Below are positions 13,636 through 26,224 of a stretch of DNA of 64,000 bases, piece after piece. The stretch spans positions 71,548,001 through 71,612,000 of the forward strand of contig OX597815.1 in NCBI GenBank assembly GCA_951406725.2, in the 5' to 3' direction. Source of the stretch: Octopus vulgaris (lineage: Eukaryota). How positions within the stretch are numbered: the stretch's first letter is position 1; each line of letters begins with the position of its first letter. A program made the position numbers and the translations under genes. The notes under the pieces are model-generated. The model saw only the letters and a list, made by a program, of their open reading frames with translations, ran no database searches and was not told the DNA's origin.

Positions 13636-14355
13636 ATTTGGAAGAATGGTTAGAGCGTCACACAAATGCTTTGCAGCGTTTCTTCTGGGTTTACATTCTG
13701 AGTTCAAGGTCAACTTTGGTTTCCACACTTTCAGGGTTGAAAGTACCAATTGAGCACTGGGGTCAAAGTAATCAACTAGCCCTTCCCCCACTCCCTCAGA
13801 AACTGCTGCTCCTATGCCAAAATTTGAAACCATTATTTTAAATACTACTACTACTACTACTACTAAGGTGGTGAACTGGCAGAATCGTTAACACACTAGA
13901 CCAAATGTTTAGTGGTATTTTATCCATTGCTATGTTCTGAGTTCAAATTCCACTATGGTCCACTTTGCCTTCCATCCTTTCGGTGTTGATGAATTAAGTA
14001 CCAGTTGCATACTGGGGTCAATCTAATCAACTGATCCTCCAAAAAAAATTTCAGGCCTTGCGCTTATAGTAGAAAGGATTATTATAACTACTACTACTAA
14101 TAATAATAATAATAATATTAATAATAATAATAATAATAATGATAATACCACCACCACCACCATCACCACCAAGGTGGTGAGCTGGCAGGATTGTCAGCAC
14201 ACTAGGTGAAATGTTTAGTGGCATTTTGCCTGTCTTTATGTTCTGAGTTCAAATTCTACCAAGGCTGACTTTGCTTTCATCCTTCCAGGGTCAATGAAAT
14301 AAGTATGAGTTGAGGACTGGAATCAATGTATTTGACTTACCCCTCCCCTAAAACT
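13636..14355 (+). mobile_element. Three head-to-tail SINE-B copies separated by (TAC)n/(TAA)n/(CAC)n tracts
   Basis: Copies at about 13636-13835, 13866-14082 and 14172-14355, each with ttctgagttcaa and the tttcatcctt core. Confidence 0.88.
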
Positions 14356-14809
14356 GATGAAAAACGGGAGAGTGAGAAATGAAAAAAACCTTTTATTGAC
14401 AACAGGGACAAAAGTTTCCAAAATTTCATTGTAACCTTTTTTTCTTCACTTTAGCAGCTCTGTTTTTGTTACAACCATTATATCACCTTGATAAACATTT
14501 GTCATGTCCTGTCATTTCATGTAGTCATTCCTCGTTCTCAAAGGTTCCTTAAATATCCCTTAATACCTTAATCCAAACCAATTTGGACCAATACAATTAT
14601 AGATTCTGGCCTAAAATTGAGTTTTACAGTGACTATCTAGTTCTTGCTGTGGATGCTTATAGCAGCAGTACTTTATTGTTTTCTTATTATATCTTGATGA
14701 AAATTAAATATTTTGGCAACAGTCAACAGTTGATGATGACCACCTGCAAACCACAGGCTTGTCAATTGCTTTATTGGTTTTTATATCATTCTGGACATTG
14801 ATCACATTC

Positions 14810-15125
14810 ATCATCATTTAACATGCATTTTTCCATGTTGGCTTGTGCTGTATAGTTCAACATGAGCTGGCAAGCCAGAGGACTGCACCAAGCTCCGTTG
14901 TCTGTTTTAGCGTGATGTCTGTAGCTGAATGCACTTCTTAATTCCAACCACTTAACAGAGTTGTACTGAGTGCATTTTACGTAGTACCAACACCAATAAG
15001 GTCACCAAGTAACTCACAAGGCAAGACCCTTCAAATGAAAACATGTAGTATTGAGGGAGATGACTTTATACCAGGGGTTAAAGGAACAGGTGTCTTGCTG
15101 TAAAAGTGATACATGGTTACTCCTG
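14810..15125 (-). mobile_element. Short retroposon with an RTE-type 3' tail
   Basis: catcatcatttaacatgcatttttccatgttggc... matches the reverse complement of the RTE tail at 55740-55930; similar units near 49300-49590 and 40790-41040. Confidence 0.6.
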
Positions 15126-15786
15126 TTTCTCTCTGATATACTTGTATACCACATTTATTCTATAGAAGATATTATTTTGTAGTTATTTATAGAATATTTG
15201 TAAAATACAATAATTACTTTGTAGGAAATAACTTTCAATTCTTAATAGAAATAACTCGCTATAATAAAAGTAATTAGTAAATGGCAACTGCAGGGAAGAA
15301 AAAGTTTTAATATTGTGGGCTTGTCATCAGGGCCCCGAACCTCAGCACCTACATATTAGTGGGAAGAGTTAATAAGAAACAAGAAAAGGAAGACTAAGAT
15401 GATGCTAGCTGGGTGACATCAAAGGATGAACTGGAAGACCTCTGGCTGAATATGGTCACAGGAGAGAAATGCTGCATGTATCCATGGTAACTGACCTTCA
15501 CCAATGAGGATGGAAATAAGAAAGGTGAAAACAAATTAATTTTCTTTGGATTTCATAATGAGAATCCAATTGTTCAATGAATTGGATTCCCTGCTCATTG
15601 AATTAGCATTCCACAGTCATGGGTAGACATACCAAAATTCTCAGGCAGAATCAGTATAACAGCACACTATTAGGATATAGTTTTTGAATTCTACATAGAC
15701 CCTCCAGTACCACATAGCTTCCATCCAATTTCACTCGCTAGGTTTGGGTTGACCCAAGTCAATGCTAAAAGATACTTGCTCAAGAA

Positions 15787-15992
15787 TTAACCCTTTACCG
15801 TTTAAAACATTTCTATTTGGCCAAACTATTCTTCTTGTCTTATGTTCAAACTGGCCAGATCCAGCCTCTCACACATACCTTACAATGTCATTCTAAAACT
15901 AAGCAATCACATCATCAAAAGCTATGAGATAAATATATGATTAATTCAAAACAATGTTTTGTTCAACAGGGTAATTTGAATGCTAAAAGGTC
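15787..15992. mobile_element. Degraded piggyBac-type MITE
   Basis: TTAA-ccctttaccgtttaaa at left and tttgaatgctaaaagg at right, resembling the TIR of 41729-43520. Confidence 0.55.
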
Positions 15993-16393
15993 ATACCTAT
16001 GTCCTTGTTATTGCACAGCAAACATTTTAATCATTTGGCCATGCTGAATCCATACCAGTTATAATAGCAATATGGTCAAGGAAGATTTAGAGCAATCTTG
16101 AGAATGTTCTGGTATTTCACAGTGGCTGTACAAATTCATATGACCAATGTTACACCACTGTAGGAAAACAGATATTAAGTTAATGATAGCGTCAATGGTA
16201 ATAGTGACAGCAGTTGCTGTAGATGTGATGTGTGTGTGTGTACATACACACACACACACATACATATATATGTTGATTGCAGCTTCCCACCCTAATTATT
16301 TGCCTTTCTCTTCATGCATGCTTTGCCATTATCTGCTCTATACTCCCTTAATTATTATGTGTGTGTGTGTGTGTCTGTGTGAATACAAATATT

Positions 16394-16457
<64 letters not shown>

Positions 16458-16723
16458 GCTTGACACTCATTATACTATACTGCCACTTCTTTCCTGGATC
16501 AATACAATACACAGCTCTGTCTGTGTCCCCTTCTGGAAGCAGCTAGAGGTTTTACTGGCATGTTTGATGTCAGCTCCCTATAATCAATGCCACCAGAAAT
16601 CCAATAAAACTGTCAAAGTTTCCAATTTCTATTAGAAACTGTAATGGCTTTGTTTTATCTATTATTATTATTATTGTTATTATTGTAGCCATTTACTTCC
16701 TTCACACTGCTTTTGACATTGCT

Positions 16724-16798
<75 letters not shown>

Positions 16799-17374
16799 AT
16801 GTATGTACATTTGTATGTGTGTGCATTATATATACTGCTATTTGCCTCTATTTTTGTCCATCTTCCTCCTCTTCACCTTTTGTTCACTCTCTCTCTCTCT
16901 CTTCTGCCCAACTTGCCCCTACCCAGCCTATGTTTTCATTATAGTCATTAAGCTTTCATTTTTTTACCCCACCACCCTTTTTTTTCATTTTATCTTCAAT
17001 CACAAAAGATCAATAGATCACACACACACATACACAATTTATATTCTGACATCCAAAACAGCATACAATTGATTCTATTTGACTCTTCAGATCACAACAT
17101 ATTTTGAATACTCTTTGTTGTTCATTAGCTTGTTTACCTTCATGCTCCTCTGATTGTTTTACTTCTTTTTTACCTCCCCTTATCCTTCTCCCCCTCCATC
17201 ATCATCATTATTATTATTTGCCAAGCAAACATGCAAACTGTTACATCATAAGTACTTGACTAGGAAAATAATAAGGAACTCTTTGTCTTGTATCTTTTTT
17301 TTTTGTTTTTTGCTTGCTTGCTTTTTGTTTTTCTTTTGTTTTGTTTTGTTTTTTGTTGTTTTTGTTTTAATCAT

Positions 17375-17798
17375 TTCTTTGTTTCAGTCATTGGACTGTG
17401 AGCATGCTGGCTGGGGCATCACTTCAAAGGGTTTACTCACTCACACAAATTGCTCACCCGCCTCTCGTACACATTTTGTTCCTTTTCAAAGCCTAGTGTT
17501 TATTCAATTGGTGCCTTTTTACTGCACTGCTATGTTGCAAGGACATAAACAAACCAGTACCAGTTGTTAAGTGATGGGATAGGTAGGGGGGGGCACAAAG
17601 ATACACACACACTCTCTATTACTTGTATATAAACAGAATTCCACTCAATTTCTGTCTATAAATTTACTTTTACTTACAAAGCATTGGTTTGCCAGGGGTT
17701 ATAGTAACAGATATTTGCTCCAAAGTGCCACACAGTGGGGCTGAAACTGAAATCTCATGGTCGCAAAGTGAGTTTCTTGACCATACAGCCATTCCTGT
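17375..17798 (-). mobile_element. SINE family A, old full-length copy
   Basis: tgtttcagtcattggactgtgagcatgctgg ... cacagtggggctgaaactgaaatctcatgg ... accatacagccattcctg. Confidence 0.75.
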
Positions 17799-19259
17799 GT
17801 GTATTTGTCAGGAACCAAACCATTATCCGTTTGCTTACCATGTAAATGTGAAATTATTAAAAATGATGCTGTGATGGTGGACTGATAGAAAAATCACCTG
17901 ACAGTATTATGTTTCATCTCTGTATGTTCTGGGTTCAAATCCCACTAATTTTAACCAAGCATCTTTTTCATTGCATTGGGTTTAAATCAATTGCCCCCTC
18001 ACACACAGATTTGAGTGTGTAAATGTGCAAATGTTTATGTTTGTTGATATTTTTCTTGTCACCATGAGAGCAAAGCAGTGCTGATACTGACAATCCAGTT
18101 GAGATTGTGACTGGTCAGTCACTCTGCACATTGAGAAACCTGTAAAATTCAAAAATCCTTTACCTGGAAAACAGGTATGGGTTGGTGACAGGATGAGTGT
18201 CCAGCCATAAAATCCTACCTCAGAATTAGTTTCCATCCATCGAATACTAATATGGAAAATCAGGTATCAAACAAACAAGCAAACAAACAAACAAACAAAC
18301 AATTATTACTAATACAGGAAAACATGTTACTCATGTTGTTGCTATGAACATCAGAGATATGATGAAAATGAAGGGGAAGAAGAAGAAAAAAGACAATAAC
18401 AACATAGATTGTAGAGGGTCCCCTTCACCTAGCCACTCACCCATCCCTAGAATTTATCTGAAATATGAAACCTCTTTGATTCTTTGTCTAAGAGAGGTTA
18501 CATTTTTGATGTAGATATGCATGTCTCAAGACAAACTCATTACATCTGTTGAAAATCTTAAAGATAAACAGCTTCTCCATTCTATTGACTAACCATTATT
18601 GAAGTGTTGTTTGCGCTTTCAAGTTTTTGTGAATTTCTTTTTATACTTTTGTTGTGTTCTTAACATCTTCATTCTACTTAGCTAAAATTAGATACAAAGA
18701 AACACCAATAATACTATCATCCAGAGAGATTCTTGAGAAGAAATTAAAATGAAAAAATAAAAATGAACAAGTGTACAAAAGTACACCTATCTTCATTTAT
18801 CAGAGGATGCTGGTTCCGAAAAATACAGTGGTAAATGAATCAGTGATAAACGAATCATCTCCATACATTTTGTAAATGGAATGAATGGTCAATCAATTGA
18901 TACCAAATTTGTGGCCCACAGCAGTGATGCTTCTGCCATCATGTATTTTCTTGATCATCTCTATTTTTTCCTTTAGAAAATACACTTACCTGCATCATGT
19001 GTGAAGGTCAGGTGCCTTCGTAGTTTTTCTGTTCTCTGGTCCCATGGTGCTGGGTATCAGTACCTACATCCATATAAAAAATATGCAACTTCACAGCATG
19101 GTCTGTAAATACAAGCAATAGACAGTGCATTCCGGGTAGCTGATCATTGTGGGTGTTTGCTGGAGCATGTTTTTGCAGTACAAGCAGAATCTTTGATTGA
19201 TAGCTGATCCATGTTATCATTGATGAATGAATCAATAATAAACAAGGTTACATGTCCAT

Positions 19260-19653
19260 AATTATCTCATTGAGAAGGAATAGAAATTAATAATTTCAAT
19301 GTTTCAGGCAGTCGTCCTTCATCATGAATAAGGGGAGAAGGATAAAAATAATTAGACTAAACAGAACAAGGGGAGACACATGGGATGGAGAGTCACTGAA
19401 GAAGTCACAGGATGTGTGACAAAAGATTTCTAGACAATGGGCATAAAATAAAAATAATGTTATATGAAAAGCAGTGTTGTTTAAAGAAAGGGCAGTGTAG
19501 GAATAAAAGATGAGAAGTAGGTAAAATGGAGCTTAACTGCTAAAGGAATGACAGCAAGGGAAAATAAGCAAGGTGAGCAAGAATTGGTTTAAAAGTGTGT
19601 AAGGGTGTGTTATGTATGTATGTGTTGGGGATTGTATATGAGCTTGTTTGTGC

Positions 19654-19689
<36 letters not shown>

Positions 19690-19833
19690 TATGGAGAGTA
19701 GAGATGGATATAGTATACTACTGTGTGGGTGGTACGAGCAAGATATAAATGTGTGTGTGTGTATGGTTTAAAAGTGTGTAAGGGTGTGTTATGTATGTAT
19801 GTGTTGGGGATTGTATATGAGCTTGTTTGTGCG

Positions 19834-19872
<39 letters not shown>

Positions 19873-20230
19873 TATGGAGAGTAGAGATGGATATAGTATA
19901 CTACTGTGTGGGTGGTACGAGCAAGATATAAATGTGTGTGTGTAGATGGGGTTTAAATGTACATGAGAGTATTTATCAAGCATATGGGTTTATCACGTAT
20001 TATTAGAGGAGATGTGAGATGTGTTAAGATGAAAAATTGTTGTTAATGATGCAAATTAGAGCCAGGAGATCCATGGTGAAGAAACGGCAAGTTGCAAGTA
20101 AGAGTGTTCTGAAGAATTGAGATGATGTTCCACAGTTCAGAGTGGTCTGGTGCCAGCTGTGGCACTGTTCTACACGAACATTTCAGCACATAAACTATTT
20201 TCTCTTGTGTTCTAAGCAAAATAATATATA
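19260..20230 (-). mobile_element. Putative Penelope-like element remnant (3' end)
   Basis: Hammerhead-like motif ATGATGAAGG...CCTGAAACATT at the distal end; near 20090-20140 the minus strand reads VEHHLNSSEHS, like the V..HFN...HS block of Penelope GIY-YIG domains. Confidence 0.4.
19585..19944. repeat. Tandem duplication, about 179 bp x2
   Basis: tggtttaaaagtgtgtaaggg...gcaagatataaatgtgtg occurs twice, differing essentially only in (GT)n length. Confidence 0.95.
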
Positions 20231-20837
20231 CTAAACACTGAAACTACAGGTAGTCTCTTCTGATAAATATGGTTGCAAAAGGATTCAGTTTATTTTTATC
20301 CATTCAAATTACTTCTGTATTGGAAGAATGGAATTAATTCCCGGATGACACAGTTCCAAATCTATAATGATATTTTTATTGTTGCACTGTAACCATGATG
20401 GGACCCTAGCATCATAGTTGATTATTAATATTAACAATATATGCATATGCTTCTTGACTTTAGAAATACATTCAGCTGGAAGTCCATGAACTCAAGAACA
20501 CTGTTTGATATAACATGGATATCTTTATCTGCCATTTCTTCCTCACTACTTCCTATTTGCTTGAAAATGGAGGAATTAACCACTTTTAACCACTTTTTTT
20601 TTACCTTTTATTTTTTTACTTTATTTGACATAAAGGTTATGCATGCCTTTCCATTCTATATGGTAAAAGAAACAAAAAAAGCCATTTAAATGTTAAGTAG
20701 TAATGTCTCCATTCACAAAATAAACTGGATTGTTTTGACAATTGTATTTCCGTGCAGTCCTTCAGGATCAGATACATTTGAGTAATCTGTTCTTTGGTTT
20801 CTCTGGGATCATAAAAGGTTATGACTCCAAAACTATG

Positions 20838-21046
20838 AGTTAAACTTTTTAATACCAACTTGCTTGAGACCATCCCTGATTGTATGATACAAATATCTTG
20901 TTTTAAATAATCTTGATTAAGACTTTCCATCAAAATTTCATGTTAATTTGTGTTTTAAGCACCAAAGTTAGTTTAAGTTCTTCATTATTTTCAAAATGAC
21001 AGGAAGGCAGTGTAGTTTCGCAGAAATATGATTAAAAAGCAGTTTG
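20838..21046. mobile_element. Degraded piggyBac-type MITE
   Basis: Internal similarity to 31109-31338 (ttgagac..., aaatttcatgttaattt, cagaaatatg). Confidence 0.55.
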
Positions 21047-21606
21047 AAACCCTCACCAATTATATTTACTGTTTATCCTTCACTGATTGTCATAGTTATC
21101 CTATCTTTACAGTTATTCATCAATTATTCTTCTTGCTGCTTACAAGAATTGACTTCTATTGCTCATATTACTAATAATACTCATATTACTCAAGATTCAG
21201 ATATTTCATTTTTTTTTTCATGTTCATCAAACTTTTGATAGTCTGAGAAGTAATAAATTTGAACAGATGAATTTTGAGTGTTGTGTGTATATTCACACAA
21301 AAGTAACTATTATTTCATTCACCAAACACTGACCAAATAGAGACAAAAAGTAATTGTATTAATTTTGAGGACTACCTGTATTTTACAGCCAGGTAAACAG
21401 GGTTTTTTCAGAGTAAAATGCCTTTGCTAGCTACACAACAAAAGCACCAGTAATAGGAAATTAATTGGTTTACTCCCTCAGTAGATAAACCAGTGTGATA
21501 ACAACTCAGCCAGCTGTGACTCTTTTAACCAATGACAGCACTGGAATACAATATATATATATCTATATATATATATACATATATATATATTTATATATAT
21601 ATATAT

Positions 21607-21652
<46 letters not shown>

Positions 21653-22464
21653 GATGCACAATATTTTCATAGTAAATAGATTCTCCAAAGAAGAATGCTG
21701 TCCAAGACTATTTGAATTATCTACTCCTCACTGCACATTAACATTATCTTATTTTGTGTTTTTATTAAATTGGTTTTTTGCCAAAATTTTCCAACCTTCA
21801 TTGAAGACACTCAGCTATCACAAATGACTATGGCATAGTCACATGTACTCTGCTTTCACTAATTGTTTTAGATGCCTGTATAGTCATGAATGGACAGAGA
21901 CAAACTCTTGGCCCCCTTGATCCTAGACTCAGCAAAGCATGCAGGATATGACAGCTGGAGGAAGAAAGAGAGAGGGGGAGAGATAGAAGGAGAGCAGTGT
22001 ACCAGTACTTAATACTCCTCCAGCTGCCTCATCACATACTAAAATACTGCATTTAAAATATAGATCATTCTTCATTTGTTTGTGACCAATTGATGCCAAA
22101 ACCTACTTCACTGTAACATATGATCATTCTGCATTACTCTTTATTCAACAAAATACTCAAGTTACTACACTTAAAAGCAAAATCCTTTCTTTAAATGTTT
22201 AATGAAATCATTAATTTTCATGCTTAAAATGCAATACAATGTACTTATTCGCTGGCGCACAATTCCCTCACAAGAGAATATCATTAATTACTTCAGTGCT
22301 ATTTATAACAGTTGCTGTACAATCTGCTTCTCTTCAAGTACAAAATAACTTCCACTCTGTTGTATTTAGTAACAATATATTATAGTGACTGAATAATCTT
22401 GTCTGTTGGTTGCTCTTCTAACATGTATAATCATCATCATCATTATCATCATCATTTTAACATC

Positions 22465-22614
22465 CACTTTCCATCTATCAACTCCTCTCACAAAGCTTTA
22501 ATCAGCTCAAGACTATAGTGGAAGAGACTTGGTGCCATATCTAAGGTGCCATGCAGTGGGACTGAACCTAAAACCATGTTGTTGTAAAGCAAGCTTCTTA
22601 CCACATACCCATGC

Positions 22615-22617
<3 letters not shown>
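22465..22617 (-). mobile_element. SINE family A, 5' half
   Basis: aaggtgccatgcagtgggactgaacctaaaaccatgttgttgtaaagcaagcttcttaccacat. Confidence 0.8.
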
Positions 22618-22650
<33 letters not shown>

Positions 22651-22655
22651 TCAAG

Positions 22656-22889
22656 TAATGAGAGAGGTGGAAGATGAAAAAATGTTTATTGATCACTATA
22701 ATTGTTATAACCCATCTAGTATTGATCTCTCATAGGTGGGATACTGAACAACTGGTTTAGGAGTATCCATTGGTGTAGATACTCCTAAACCAGCTGTTAA
22801 GTATCCCACCCATGAGGGATAAATGCTAGATGGATTGAAACAATTAAGGTGATCAATAAACATTCTCATATCTTCCATGTCTTTCATTA
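22656..22889. repeat. Long inverted repeat, 112-bp arms with 10-nt loop
   Basis: 22656-22767 pairs with 22778-22889; centre ctggtttaggagtatc-cattggtgta-gatactcctaaaccag; arms moderately diverged. Confidence 0.93.
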
Positions 22890-23076
22890 ATCATACAAAC
22901 ACTGTGAAAATGAATGTGCTTTACCAGTAAGCTACCAAATGTATACCATACAATTTATTATCTAATAATATATATATTATATTATATATATATAATAAAG
23001 ATTTTGTTGAATTAGGTACTTAAATTGAGGTACCTTGTTAGGTTAGTATAATCCTTTATGTTTGACATCTGTGTGG

Positions 23077-23159
23077 TCATCTGATGAGAACAGTTTCTTT
23101 CAAATGATGTAATGTTTTCATTAATCAATTAAAGAAGTCACTTGAAACAGCTATAATGA
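23077..23159 (+). ncRNA. Degenerate type I hammerhead-ribozyme-like motif
   Basis: tcat-CTGATGA-(ttcttt...aaagaa stem)-GAAAC-AGCT-ATA-atga; stem I tcat/atga; one mismatch in stem III. Confidence 0.5.
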
Positions 23160-23771
23160 ATTGACACCTGTACATTTTTGTTACTGATTTACATTTTATA
23201 TATATATATATATATTTATAAAAATATATTTTCCAGCTACTTTGCTTACCTGTATCAGAAATGTTAGATCTTGCTCTGTTTCAACTACTTAGTCATTCAC
23301 TACATATCACTCACTAACTGGTCTTCTCAATAAAAATAGAATGTTTACTAATGACCCACAAACTTTGAATACTTTTGTTTTATCAATTATTTTAGCATTT
23401 TCAAAGTTAATTATTTTATCGCTACACAAAGACAATGCTAAGTTGGCCCGGAGAGTTCAGTATCATGTTGGCATACTGTTCTGCTTTAATTTTAATAGAT
23501 TAAAAAAAAACAATTCACTCCACAACATCAGTAAGAAAATACATGAATATCACTATTGGAAAAGATCAAACTTCAAATAAACCTGCTAAATTTTCCAGAA
23601 TGTCATTGGTTAAAAATTGAACTAGAGATGGCTCATAATATAAATTATTACATTTATACCTCTTGTAAAAAAAGAAAAAAAAAGTGTAAAGATTGTGTGT
23701 GTGTGTGTACAAATGTAACACCTAGCATATTTGGTTGGAGTTACATATTTTTAATAAATTTGACTCAGTTT

Positions 23772-23826
23772 CATGTACCTTAAAGTTTTGTGGGCACAAT
23801 GGACATGCCCACCTCATCAGATGCTA
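23772..23826 (-). ncRNA. Degenerate hammerhead-ribozyme-like motif
   Basis: Minus strand: cat-CTGATGA-G-GTGGGCA-loop-TGCCCAC-AAAAC-TTTAAG-GTA-c-atg; perfect 7-bp stem II; GAAAC appears as AAAAC. Confidence 0.55.
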
Positions 23827-24540
23827 GGAGGCAGAGTGAAAGGTTTGAGAGAAATTCAAGATAACTTCTAGATGTTTAGATCCCTATTGGTCAGTTCAGG
23901 TCATGTGGTATTAATGCTATCAAAGCAACACCAGCTATTTTCTTTATTTTCAAGCCCCTGTATTTGGATAGGATGTTGCCAGGATGTTGGGTGTTACTTT
24001 GGCAGCAGTCTGTGGCATAGTATATTCAGTGACATCAGTTCTTTATATTGAGTACCACATGTGGTAGGGTGAAACGTTGATACAAGTCAGTAGCTGGGTC
24101 ATCGTTTAGTGGAGTATGAACACATTGGTAACAACAGTCTTTATGTGGGAGTAACCAAATTTGATGGTGTTGGGTTACAACTGAGATTGCATGACCAACA
24201 AGGATGGGCTGTATTCTATATGGGCAGTAGAGGTTAAATATCTTTCCTTGTATCTACTCAGCTGGAAATTAGTACCACTTCTCTCTCCTTCCAGCTTTTA
24301 TATCCTTTGTGTTCCACTGGGTTATGGGTGGGAGCATTCAGAGTATGTCTATGTTTGTTTGCAACAGCATAGGTAACCAGAACAACTAGCAAATGCATAG
24401 GAAAAGCTACCAGGTCATAGTCTCTGGTGGGTAATGGCTCAACTAAGCTAAGCTTACTTCTGTATAAATGGTTTGTGCAACCATCATTAATAAATACACC
24501 AAGCAGCAGGCTTTTTTATTTCGGTGTCTTTCTGGTACTA
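23772..24540 (-). mobile_element. Putative Penelope-like element remnant
   Basis: Minus strand near 24460-24510 reads LLGVFINDGCTNHLYRSK (like FLDV.I...T.LYRK of the Penelope RT thumb); decayed frame ends in the hammerhead-like motif. Confidence 0.45.
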
Positions 24541-26169
24541 AAGCTTGTACAAATATTATAGTAAAACACTTGGTGGTAAGTTGGTAGTAGTACTTACTAG
24601 TTGATCAAATTGCAAACCGTGTGTGTATGTGTGAATGGAATTAAAACAAAACAAATCTAGTCTGTATCAGCAGGAAAACTATCATGGAAAATTTTTTAAA
24701 AAAAGAAAATGAAGAAAAAAGAAAATTATTTCGAGAAAGAGACAAATTTGCCTCTGTGAGAAATTGGAGAGGAGAGGATTTCAAGGTCACTTTATGTTTT
24801 AACTAAGATTTAATCTTAAAACATCATCTTCTACCAACTTTCCCACGGCATTCATCTTACCTTTTTTTGTTTGTTTATCAGAACACACACACACACACAC
24901 ACACATATACATACATATAGTTTCAGTTTCAACTAAAACTAATTTATCTATATAAAAACGACTAGAAAAGTTGATGTTAAGGAAAAGAAATGGTGATATA
25001 AAAAAAGTAGGATAAGGTGGTTTCAAATGAAAAATGGTCAACATCCTGAAGATCATTCCTTGCCTGACACAGCACTCCCCATGAAACTTTAATCTCTGTG
25101 TCTCACAGAAATATGCAACGCCAACATACAAATCTATTTTTACCGCCTGTCCAATTCAAGCTGGCAAAATAACCCCACCAGTTCTAGTGACTTTATTTTA
25201 TCTTCTAGCTCAATATTTCTGTATTTGGTTGTGGGACAAAAATACTATCTGATCTCCCTGCTGACAAAGTGCATTATGTGTCTCTTCCCCTTCAGCCTGA
25301 CCTAATCCTCTCTTTTACTGACTGAGCAGAGTGTCTATACTAGGGTGTCCAAAGTTGTTTAGTTTTGTGAACTGAACTGAAGCATAAACTAGATCTTGCA
25401 GGTTCAATGGAGACCATTGTTCCTAAAAATCTCTGTTCAACTTCCATTTGGCTCAACATCTATAGACATTTTACTGTAGATCATAAGTTTCTTTTCCATT
25501 GGTGGAAATGACAAAAGATTCTCAAAGATTTACCAATTTCATCAATTAGAACTGGCTTTGATTATAACTCCAGTCAGGTTCCAATTTGCAAGAATGCATG
25601 CTTGTGATATACATCCTTTACAGAATATTTCAGAATTAAAAAATATCTCACTCCTGTTCTTTTCTTACCTTGCAAGTTCCTTGACAACCTCACTTATGCT
25701 GGTGACATGAAAAAAGCACCCAGTACACACTGTAAAGTTGTTGATGTTAGGAAGAGCATCAAGCCATTGAAACAATCCAGTCCTGCTACCAGCTTGGAAA
25801 AAAAAGGATACTAAATAATAAGACACTATCAATTTAATAATATAACCCAAACAGAACAATCCACAAACACAAGACACGGTGTATATAGGAAACATCCAAT
25901 AAAATAAACCACTACCAATGAGCTGACTACCCAACGAAAGAACACAGCTCACCTTATACACACAACACACAATACAAACACCAATACAAAAAAAAAAGAC
26001 TGCAACCATACCCCATAACAAAGCAAACTGATGCAATACAATACTGGGAAGAGTTCACACGCTCTCAACAACAACAACAAAAAAGTACCATACAATACTG
26101 CACACACCCCAGCAACACAGTGGTGTAGCATGTGATGCAGTAGAAATTTATCTGAAACTACCACATGTT

Positions 26170-26177
26170 GAATAATG

Positions 26178-26224
<47 letters not shown>

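Noticed and set aside
18777-18870. Tigger/pogo-like terminal sequence
   Set aside because: Only a vague resemblance, with no matching opposite terminus or transposase remnant found
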